This document shows, one piece after another, positions 16,173 to 23,221 of a stretch of DNA of 31,423 nucleotides. Within the stretch, counting starts at the first letter, position 1. Every line of letters begins with the position of its first letter. The notes beneath the pieces are model-generated. The model ran no database searches and was not told where the DNA came from. It saw only the letters and a program-made list of their open reading frames with translations. Where the stretch lies: contig PEVQ01000190.1 in NCBI GenBank assembly GCA_002780205.1, positions 1 through 31,423 on the forward strand, read 5' to 3'. The DNA is from Elusimicrobia bacterium CG06_land_8_20_14_3_00_38_11. GTDB lineage: Bacteria > Elusimicrobiota > UBA8919. The translations under genes were made by a program, and so were the position numbers.

Positions 16173-17378
16173 ATGTTCACACATTTACACAATCATTTTA
16201 TCGGTTCGTTTTCTGACAGCGCCCTGCGGATTGATGAAGCGGTAAAAAAAGCGAAATCACTTGGACAAAATGCAATCGCTATAACGGAACACGGCGAAAT
16301 GCCGTTTATGTATGAATTTTCTGATGCCTGTAAAAAATACGGCGTGAAACCGATTTTCGGCGTTGAAATATATTTTGTCGACGATGCCCAAAAATCAATT
16401 GAAAAGAGGGACAAAAACAGGTTTCATCTTGTTTTACTTGCAAAAAACGACGAGGGCTATAAAAATCTCGTTTCGCTTGTTTCTGATAGTTGGCTTTTTA
16501 ATAATTATTATGAACGCCGCGGGCTTGTTGATTGGAAACTTTTAGAAAAATATCACGAGGGTTTAATCGCTTCATCTGCCTGTTTTTTTAATCAGATCTC
16601 GCAGGCATACATAAAAAATGGCCTTCCCGATGCTGAAAAAATTTTTATAAAATACAAAGAAATTTTCGGAAATGATTTCTATGTTGAGATAGCGAAGCAC
16701 GGTATTACCGACGAGGAAATATCAAATAAAGGGTTGCTGGAACTTGCCAAAAAATATAATGTGACCCCGATTGCAACAAATGATGTTCATTATTTGGAAA
16801 TTGACGATTGGCTTGCCCACGACATTATCATAAAAACCCGTTTTGATAAAATATCGTCGTTTAAGATTGATTCGCATCACTTCTGGCTTAAATCGGAAAA
16901 AGAAATGTTTGATGCGGGGATGCCCCAGGAATTTTTGGACAACACTCAAAAAATTGTTGCGAAGTGCGAATTTGTTCTGAATGACTTTGAGCAAGTGCCA
17001 TATGAAAATACAGGGTCGGAAGATGTAGAAATAAAAAAAGGCAATGCCGCTTATCTGTCGCAATTGGAATTTATTTCCAGCAGCAAGGCAATTTATTACG
17101 CCGAAAACATAATAGGGAAAAATCATCCGGATGTCGTTCACTATGCCGAAAGGATTACGGGAATTCCGAGAAAAAGTTCGCAGAACCCGAATAAAATCGC
17201 GTATCTTCCCGGCATAAAAGAAAAAATTCCGCTTAAAATTTCACTCGGCAAAATTATCACGCAGTTCACTGAAGATTCCTGTTGTCGCGCCGGGGCTTCA
17301 ATCCAGCCGCTCGTACGCTCAACTTTGGCGGAGGCGTTGCTCGCTGCCAAAAAAGTCCTTAAAAAAATTATAGAATAG
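16173..17378 (+). CDS. DnaE-type PHP-domain protein (mini-DnaE, no intact polymerase active site)
   Basis: HLHNH, AIAITEHG, GVKPIFGVE, HLVLLAKNDEGYKNL, GLIASSAC and ATNDVHY match the Pol III alpha N-terminus. Only about 130 aa follow, and they contain degenerate palm fragments. Confidence 0.85.
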   Translation: MFTHLHNHFIGSFSDSALRIDEAVKKAKSLGQNAIAITEHGEMPFMYEFSDACKKYGVKPIFGVEIYFVDDAQKSIEKRDKNRFHLVLLAKNDEGYKNLVSLVSDSWLFNNYYERRGLVDWKLLEKYHEGLIASSACFFNQISQAYIKNGLPDAEKIFIKYKEIFGNDFYVEIAKHGITDEEISNKGLLELAKKYNVTPIATNDVHYLEIDDWLAHDIIIKTRFDKISSFKIDSHHFWLKSEKEMFDAGMPQEFLDNTQKIVAKCEFVLNDFEQVPYENTGSEDVEIKKGNAAYLSQLEFISSSKAIYYAENIIGKNHPDVVHYAERITGIPRKSSQNPNKIAYLPGIKEKIPLKISLGKIITQFTEDSCCRAGASIQPLVRSTLAEALLAAKKVLKKIIE

Positions 17379-17386
17379 ATATCACT

Positions 17387-18496
17387 ATGTCTAAACCTTA
17401 TTTTTTATTTTTTATTTTGATTTTTTCATCAATTTATCTCGGAATTCATTTTTATGTATATAGTCGTATTGCCGTCGGTTTAATGCTGTTGTCATCCGCT
17501 TGCCGGTATTTAAGATTGTTTTTCTTACTTGCAGGATTATCGTTTTTACTCGGTGAATTTTTGAGCAGACGCATAATCTCATTTTGGATAAAGCCGTTTG
17601 CGGAATTCGGTTCTATCTGGTTCGGGGTTATTGCCATTGCATTTACCGTTTTTGTAATTTCCGATGTTCTTAGAATATTTTCTCCCGCCGCATCATTCAG
17701 ATATTATTCCGTTATTCTCTCACTTGCCGTTACATTCTTGGTCTCGGCATATTCGCTTTGTAATGTTGCCCGTGCGCCTGTAATAAAGGAACTGAAAATT
17801 AGAACCGGAAAACTTCCGCAAAAACTTTCCGGTTTCACAATAATTCAGATTTCAGACCTGCATATAAACTTTTTGAAATCCAAAAAACGGCTTAATAAAA
17901 TTGTTGAAAAAATCAATCTGGAAAATCCCGATTTGGTCGTTATAACCGGCGATTTGATAGATGCGGATTTGCGCGGTTTAGACGGTTTCTGCGATATACT
18001 GAAAAAAATAAAATCAAAATGCGGAATTTTTGCGGTGACCGGCAACCATGAGTTTTACGCCGGCATCGGTATGTTTTTGGAAATTGCAAAAAATTCAAAC
18101 ATAACTGTCTTAAGGAATGGAAAAACAACTATTGTCGGTGCGATTGAACTTGCAGGCATAGACGATAAAACTGGCAGAAGATTTTCGGAAGCCGGTTCGG
18201 ATTTGGATTCAGCATTAAAAAATTGCGATTTCACGAAACCTGTAATTCTTCTTTCGCACCAGCCGGATGTTTTTGATGAGGCGGAAAAGTTAGGCGTTGA
18301 CTTGCAACTTTCAGGACATACCCATGCAGGTCAGATTCCGCCTATGGATTTAATAACGATGTTTTATTTTAAGTATCCTTTCGGTTTGTACAAAAAAAGC
18401 GGTTCTTATCTTTACACAACTTCCGGAACGGGAATATGGGGACCTCCGATGCGGCTTTTTTCGCGCAATGAAATCGTAAAAATTGTTCTCGAATAA
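17387..18496 (+). CDS. Membrane-anchored calcineurin-like metallophosphoesterase (YkuE/YaeI-like)
   Basis: Four N-terminal TM helices, then QISDLH, ITGDLID, VTGNHE, LLSHQPD, LSGHTHAGQ and GTGIWGPPMR. Confidence 0.92.
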   Translation: MSKPYFLFFILIFSSIYLGIHFYVYSRIAVGLMLLSSACRYLRLFFLLAGLSFLLGEFLSRRIISFWIKPFAEFGSIWFGVIAIAFTVFVISDVLRIFSPAASFRYYSVILSLAVTFLVSAYSLCNVARAPVIKELKIRTGKLPQKLSGFTIIQISDLHINFLKSKKRLNKIVEKINLENPDLVVITGDLIDADLRGLDGFCDILKKIKSKCGIFAVTGNHEFYAGIGMFLEIAKNSNITVLRNGKTTIVGAIELAGIDDKTGRRFSEAGSDLDSALKNCDFTKPVILLSHQPDVFDEAEKLGVDLQLSGHTHAGQIPPMDLITMFYFKYPFGLYKKSGSYLYTTSGTGIWGPPMRLFSRNEIVKIVLE

Positions 18497-18510
18497 TTTT
18501 TAGGGAAAAG

Positions 18511-18516
18511 TATAAT
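18511..18516 (+). promoter_or_regulatory. Perfect -10 box 6 nt upstream of the CDF start codon (leaderless-type arrangement)
   Basis: TATAAT-AAAATC-ATG(18523). A good -35 is not evident. Confidence 0.5.
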
Positions 18517-18522
18517 AAAATC

Positions 18523-19407
18523 ATGCCGAAAAAAATCAATTTTCAAGATGAATATGTCTGCACTATAACAGGACTTGTTGCCAACGGTTTTCTGACTATA
18601 ATTAAATTTTTTGCCGGAATTTTCGGTCACAGCCAGGCGATGATTGCCGACGCCATCAATTCGCTTTTTGATGTATTGACATCGGCGGTTATTTATCTCG
18701 GCATAAAAATGGGTAAAAAACCCGAGGATGACGAACATCCGTACGGGCATGAAAACATAGAGGTTATTGTTTCATGGATTGTCTCTATTATTGTGTTGTC
18801 TACCGGTCTGTTCCTCGGTTATTCCGCTTTTCATACTATAATTGACAAAAACTACAGCCATCCTTCTTCTATCGCTTTGTGGGCTGCTATTATTACAATA
18901 ATAATAAAAGAAATACTGCACAGATACACTTTGAAAGTCGGCAATATGTTAAATTCACCGGCAATCAAGGCAAACGCTTTTGACCACCGTTCGGATGTTC
19001 TTGCGTCAACCAGTGCTCTCATAGGTATTGCCGGCGCCCGAATGGGAGATTCCTGGCTTTTTTTAGACCCCGTTGCAAGTTTAGTGGTGTCAGTTTTTAT
19101 TATGAGGACAGGCGTGAATATAATGAAGGAGAGCAACAGGATAATAATGGATTCTATTCCTTCTGCGGAATTCATAAGGGAAATAAAAGAATTTATTTTG
19201 AGGTATCCCGAAATAAAAAATTTTTCTAATCTACGCGTTCATCCTGTGGGAAGAAATTACATAATAGATGTTTCAATATTCGTAAGTTCGGATTACACGG
19301 TTTCAAAAGGGCACGATATAGCAACTAATTTGAAGGAGGCGCTGATTAAAGAGAAACCTTTTTTAAGGGATGTCATTGTACATGTAGAACCGTACTCGGA
19401 AGGTTGA
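18523..19407 (+). CDS. Cation diffusion facilitator (CDF) family transporter
   Basis: SQAMIADAINSLFD, KPEDDEHPYGHENIE, NAFDHRSDVLAS, LDPVAS and C-terminal GHDIA...DVIVHVEP. Confidence 0.93.
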   Translation: MPKKINFQDEYVCTITGLVANGFLTIIKFFAGIFGHSQAMIADAINSLFDVLTSAVIYLGIKMGKKPEDDEHPYGHENIEVIVSWIVSIIVLSTGLFLGYSAFHTIIDKNYSHPSSIALWAAIITIIIKEILHRYTLKVGNMLNSPAIKANAFDHRSDVLASTSALIGIAGARMGDSWLFLDPVASLVVSVFIMRTGVNIMKESNRIIMDSIPSAEFIREIKEFILRYPEIKNFSNLRVHPVGRNYIIDVSIFVSSDYTVSKGHDIATNLKEALIKEKPFLRDVIVHVEPYSEG

Positions 19408-19431
19408 TTTTCCAGATTTTTTTGCTATAAT
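19404..19431 (+). promoter_or_regulatory. Sigma70-type promoter with extended -10, upstream of HD-GYP
   Basis: TTGATT (19404-19409), 16 nt, TG-C-TATAAT (19423-19431). Confidence 0.65.
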
Positions 19432-19463
19432 GAAATCAACGGGGGTTTTCTAAAAAGATACAA

Positions 19464-20120
19464 ATGATAAATTTTATTAAACGACTTGTAATTATGATTA
19501 AGTGGTTGTTTAACGGGAGGACAGGCATTTCGCCCCATCACTCGCAGGAAGATATTTACCTTGAAGTTCTTTCCGCTCTCGCCGAGGCTATTGAAGCGAA
19601 AGACCACTCCACACGCGGTCATTCGGAGAGAATGGTAAAATTCGTAAGTTATGTCGCCAAAAATATGGGTATGACAAAACAGGAATTAAAGGATTTGGAA
19701 ATGGCGGCAACTCTTCACGATGTGGGAAAAATAGGAATTGACAAATCGGTTTTCCTGAAACCCGGGAAATTAACTCCCGAAGAATACGAGATTATAAAAA
19801 AACATTCCACAATAGGCGCCAACATCATCAGCCGCGTAAGTTTTCTTAAAGGCGCCGCCGAGTATGTCAAGCATCACCATGAGAGATGGGACGGCAACGG
19901 CTATCCGGACAAACTTAAAGGGAATGATATTCCTCTCGGCTCAAGAATTCTTGCCGTCGTAGATTCATTTGACGCTATGATGTCGGAGAGACCTTACAAA
20001 AAAGCGATGACGTTATCCGAGGCATTCGTAGAACTTAAAAAAAACAGCGGTGCGCAGTTTGACGCGAAAGTTGTCGAGGAATTTCTGAAATATGATTTTC
20101 AGTCGGAAAAATTATCTTGA
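19464..20120 (+). CDS. Stand-alone HD-GYP domain protein (putative cyclic-dinucleotide phosphodiesterase)
   Basis: AIEAKDHSTRGHSERM, LHDVGKIG, LKPGKLT, HHERWDGNGYP and ILAVVDSFDAM..RPYK. Confidence 0.92.
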   Translation: MINFIKRLVIMIKWLFNGRTGISPHHSQEDIYLEVLSALAEAIEAKDHSTRGHSERMVKFVSYVAKNMGMTKQELKDLEMAATLHDVGKIGIDKSVFLKPGKLTPEEYEIIKKHSTIGANIISRVSFLKGAAEYVKHHHERWDGNGYPDKLKGNDIPLGSRILAVVDSFDAMMSERPYKKAMTLSEAFVELKKNSGAQFDAKVVEEFLKYDFQSEKLS

Positions 20121-20143
20121 GTTTCACAACCCATACCTCAAAA

Positions 20144-21109
20144 ATGTATAAAAAACTCATCCGCACAATTTCCATTCTTGTTTTTATTTTATTATTCGGC
20201 ACGGTAGGTTATGTCATTATTGAAAAATGGAATTTTCTTGATTCCCTTTATATGACCGTCATCACGCTTGCCACCGTCGGTTACGGAGAAACCCATCCGC
20301 TTACAATTCACGGAAGAATTTTTACGATTATTTTGATTTTGTCGGGGATTAGCGTTATGCTTTATGCCGTCTCATCCATTACTTCATTTTTCATAGAGGG
20401 AGAACTGAGCCAGATTTTCAGGAGGAACAAAATGCTTAAAACAATTTCGCAATTAAAAAATCATTTTATTTTATGCGGCGTCGGGAAAGTAGGCAGTCAC
20501 ATAATTTCGGAACTTTCACAGACAAAAAGGAATTTTGTGATAATTGAAAAAGATAAGGACTTGCTGAAAAAACATGAAAATTACCTCTGCATAAATAATG
20601 ATGCCGCCGATGAAAATGTTCTGAAGGTTGCGGGGATAGAAAATGCGGCCGGACTTTTTGCCGCACTTTCCACCGACGAGGAAAATATTTTTTTAATAAT
20701 AACCGCTCGTGAAATGAATCCGAATATAAAAATAGTCGCAAAGGCGGTTAAGGATTCCTCGGCGAGAAAACTTATGTTTGCCGGCGCGAATTCGGTCGTT
20801 CTTCCCAATCTTATAGGCGGTTTGCGCATGGCATCGGAAATGATTCGTCCGACGGTTGTTTCTTTTCTTGATATGATGTTAAAAGAGGGAAAAGGCGACC
20901 TTCGGGTTGAAGATGTTGAGGTAAAAAATCCGAAGGTTTCAACGGTTTCGCAAGTGCAATTTGAAAAAACAGGAGTGCTGCTTCTTGCCATAGCGACAAA
21001 ACAAGGGTACAAGTTTAATCCGCCTAAAGATACCTCAATTCACGCTGGTGATAAACTGATTGTTATGGGCAATGCCGACCAGGTTTTATCGCTGAAAAAT
21101 CTTCTGTAA
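20144..21109 (+). CDS. Potassium channel, 2TM pore plus RCK (TrkA-N/TrkA-C) domains
   Basis: Selectivity filter TLATVGYG, HFILCGVGKVG, and RCK motifs. ATG 20144 is preferred over TTG 20117. Confidence 0.92.
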   Translation: MYKKLIRTISILVFILLFGTVGYVIIEKWNFLDSLYMTVITLATVGYGETHPLTIHGRIFTIILILSGISVMLYAVSSITSFFIEGELSQIFRRNKMLKTISQLKNHFILCGVGKVGSHIISELSQTKRNFVIIEKDKDLLKKHENYLCINNDAADENVLKVAGIENAAGLFAALSTDEENIFLIITAREMNPNIKIVAKAVKDSSARKLMFAGANSVVLPNLIGGLRMASEMIRPTVVSFLDMMLKEGKGDLRVEDVEVKNPKVSTVSQVQFEKTGVLLLAIATKQGYKFNPPKDTSIHAGDKLIVMGNADQVLSLKNLL

Positions 21110-21110
21110 G

Positions 21111-21572
21111 ATGACAATAATTTTAACGGTAATTTTTGCTGCCGCGATGGGTTATCTGGAAGCCGCCGTCGTAGTATATTTGAGAGAACTTTATTATCCT
21201 TCGGGGTTCCACATTCCGCAAAAAGTAAAATTTCCGTTTATAAAATTCGGGCCCGTTGCAGAATTGAAACCGTTTTCCAAAAAAATTATTTTAACGGAAC
21301 GCGGCCGGGAATTATCTACGATTATAATGCTTTTTTCTTTTGCGTGGCTCGTCGGCAGTTCTTTATCATCCCGCATTTCGTATTTTTTGCTTACCTTCGG
21401 CGTGTGGGACATTTTTTATTATATTTTTCTTAAAATAATTTTGCGCTGGCCGGAATCATTTGGCACGACCGATGTTTTCTTTCTAATACCGACTCCGTGG
21501 CTCGGCCCCGTGTGGCTGCCGATTTTATGCTCGGCGATAATCATAATAATATCGCTTGCCGTGTTGTTATAG
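21111..21572 (+). CDS. Conserved-looking hypothetical membrane protein
   Basis: Four hydrophobic segments with motif-like strings MGYLEAAVVVYLRELYYP, FGVWDIFYY and FLIPTPWLGPVW. It starts 1 nt after the upstream stop. Confidence 0.7.
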   Translation: MTIILTVIFAAAMGYLEAAVVVYLRELYYPSGFHIPQKVKFPFIKFGPVAELKPFSKKIILTERGRELSTIIMLFSFAWLVGSSLSSRISYFLLTFGVWDIFYYIFLKIILRWPESFGTTDVFFLIPTPWLGPVWLPILCSAIIIIISLAVLL

Positions 21573-21580
21573 TTTCTTTC

Positions 21581-21613
21581 ATCTGTGTAATCGCTTTTTT
21601 AATCCGTGTAATC
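21581..21613. repeat. Solo arm of the ATCTGTGTAATC palindromic-repeat family
   Basis: ATCTGTGTAATC (21581-21592) and AATCCGTGTAATC (21601-21613). The same string occurs in ompA at 2356-2367. Confidence 0.65.
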
Positions 21614-21623
21614 AGATTTTTAT

Positions 21624-22058
21624 ATGAACTACAAAAAATTTACCCAAGAAAAAAACGAAAAATATTTTGAAAAGTTCCTGCAAATACCTGCGAATAAAAG
21701 AATGATTTTAGTGCCGCAGTGTTTGAGAAATATAAAAAAATGCAAAGCGAAGGAGTTCGGGAGTTATTATCTCTGTGCAGAGTGCGGCGGCTGTAAAATA
21801 TGTAAAATTTCACAGGCGGCAAAATCCGCCGGCTATCTCGGGTTGAGAATACTAAAAGGCGGCAGCACCGTAAAAAAATTGGTTACGGAATTAAAACCCG
21901 GGGCAATTTTGGGCGTTGCCTGTTATTTTGAGGGTGTGCAGGGAATAAAAGAGTGCGAGAAGCGGAAAATTTCCGTATATTTTTATCCGCTGTCCAAAGA
22001 CGGTTGCGAAAATACCGATTTGGAATTAGATAATCTGATAAAATTATTAGAAGTATAG
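21624..22058 (+). CDS. DUF116-like cysteine-containing protein
   Basis: LVPQCLRN..KC, CAECGGCKI, ILKGGS, ILGVAC and GCENTD pattern. Confidence 0.75.
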   Translation: MNYKKFTQEKNEKYFEKFLQIPANKRMILVPQCLRNIKKCKAKEFGSYYLCAECGGCKICKISQAAKSAGYLGLRILKGGSTVKKLVTELKPGAILGVACYFEGVQGIKECEKRKISVYFYPLSKDGCENTDLELDNLIKLLEV

Positions 22059-22075
22059 GAAATTATAAAAAATCA

Positions 22076-22206
22076 AGCCACAGATTTTAACAGATGACAC
22101 GAAGTGTCACCCTGAGTGAAACGAAGGGTCTCGTCTTTAGCACCGAGATTCTTCGCCTTCGGCTCAGAATGACATTTCAGTGTTTATCCGTGTCCATCTG
22201 TGGCTA
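22076..22206. repeat. Nested palindrome: AGCCACAGAT/ATCTGTGGCT shell around a 70-nt TGTCA...TGACA REP-like module
   Basis: Outer arms at 22076-22085 and 22196-22205. The inner module (22105-22174) recurs at 22913-22983. Confidence 0.85.
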
Positions 22207-22229
22207 CGAAAGTTTTCTGGAGGAACAAA

Positions 22230-22727
22230 ATGGCAAGTGATTTTAGTTTTGACATAGTGTCGCAGGTTGACTTACAGGCGGTGGACGATGCGGTTAATAT
22301 TTCAATGAAAGAAATAATAAACAGGTTTGATTTGAAAGGGACCAATTCCACAATTGAATTTAACCGCGGCGAAAAAACGGTTATACTTTCTGCAAGTTCG
22401 GAGTTTCATCTCAAACAGATTAAAAATGTCCTGTCGTCAAAAATGGCAAAAAGAGGAGTAAGCCAGAAAGCATTGACGGTAAAAAAGACCGAGACAAATA
22501 TAAGCGGCGCTGTCCGGGAAACGGATAACATCGTCTGCGGAATAGAAAAAGAACTCGCAAAAAGCATTGTAAAAGATATAAAGACCCTAAACCTGAAAGT
22601 CCAATCGGCGATACAGGATGAGCAGATAAGGGTTTCAAGCAGAGACAAGGACGCCCTGCAGTCGGTCATCGGTTTTATAAAATCCAAGGACTACCCCGTC
22701 CCGCTGCAATTTATAAATTACAGATAA
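22230..22727 (+). CDS. yajQ: YajQ family nucleotide/c-di-GMP-binding protein
   Basis: SFDIVSQVDLQAVDDAVN...RFDLKG, VQSAIQDEQIRVSSRDKDALQ and PLQFINYR. GGAGG RBS supports ATG 22230. Confidence 0.93.
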   Translation: MASDFSFDIVSQVDLQAVDDAVNISMKEIINRFDLKGTNSTIEFNRGEKTVILSASSEFHLKQIKNVLSSKMAKRGVSQKALTVKKTETNISGAVRETDNIVCGIEKELAKSIVKDIKTLNLKVQSAIQDEQIRVSSRDKDALQSVIGFIKSKDYPVPLQFINYR

Positions 22728-22730
22728 AAA

Positions 22731-23221
22731 ATGAAAATTGAATACTACGATTTTGGAGAAGTTATTGTTGACAGTAAAGAATACACCGGCGATGTAATTA
22801 TTTATCCTAACAGGGTTCGAGCGAACTGGTGGAGAAAGGCAGGGCATTCATTGTGTATTGATGACTTACTACTCAGAGCGGAATATACTTTACATTGGTG
22901 AAGCACTTCGTCTGTCACCCTGAGTGGAACGAAGGGTCTCGCATTTTAACATCGAGATTCTTCGCCTTCGGCTCAGAATGACATCCTTTTCATGTAAAGT
23001 ATTTTATGCTCCCCTTAGTAAAAGATGTGATTTCGGAAAAACCGGAGATTATTATCGTAGGAACAGCTTTTGACGGTTGTATGAAAATTCCTCCTGAAAC
23101 AAAAAAATATATTGAAAGCCAAAACATAAAATTAATTATAGAAACCACAAAAAATGCAATTGAAATGCACAATGAACTTCAAATAAAACATATAATCACC
23201 TGTTTACATTTAACCTGCTAA
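22731..23221 (+). pseudogene. Mth938-like (DUF498-type) protein gene interrupted by a MITE
   Basis: 5' part MKIEYYDFGEVIVDSKEYTGDVIIYP..WWRKAGHSLCIDDL (22731-22868) and 3' part KDVISEKPEIIIVGT...CLHLTC (23021-23221). Removing 22869-23020 gives an intact 112-aa frame. Confidence 0.88.
22869..23018. mobile_element. 150-bp MITE with 27-bp imperfect TIRs and a TA target-site duplication
   Basis: Left CTACTCAGAGCGGAATATACTTTACAT against reverse-complemented right CTAAGGGGAGCATAAAATACTTTACAT (20/27). TA at 22867-22868 and 23019-23020. No coding capacity for a transposase. Confidence 0.85.

Noticed and set aside
16722-17141. Longer antisense ORFs (e.g. 2304-2924, 16722-17141, 20581-21012, 25197-25565, 28317-28676, 29936-30304)
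   Set aside because: They shadow well-supported genes or repeats on the opposite strand and have no motifs or credible start signals.
16173-17378. Functional replicative dnaE, or a split/intein-containing dnaE
   Set aside because: The catalytic aspartates and the fingers are absent, no intein motifs are seen, and the next gene is an unrelated phosphoesterase.
22200-22229. N-terminal extensions of yajQ (22200), the K+ channel (20117) and rsxC (28843)
   Set aside because: Downstream ATGs fit the family N-termini, RBS position or stop/start coupling better.
23006-23221. Independent 71-aa gene
   Set aside because: It is the 3' half of the interrupted Mth938-like gene, and its ATG comes from the MITE end.
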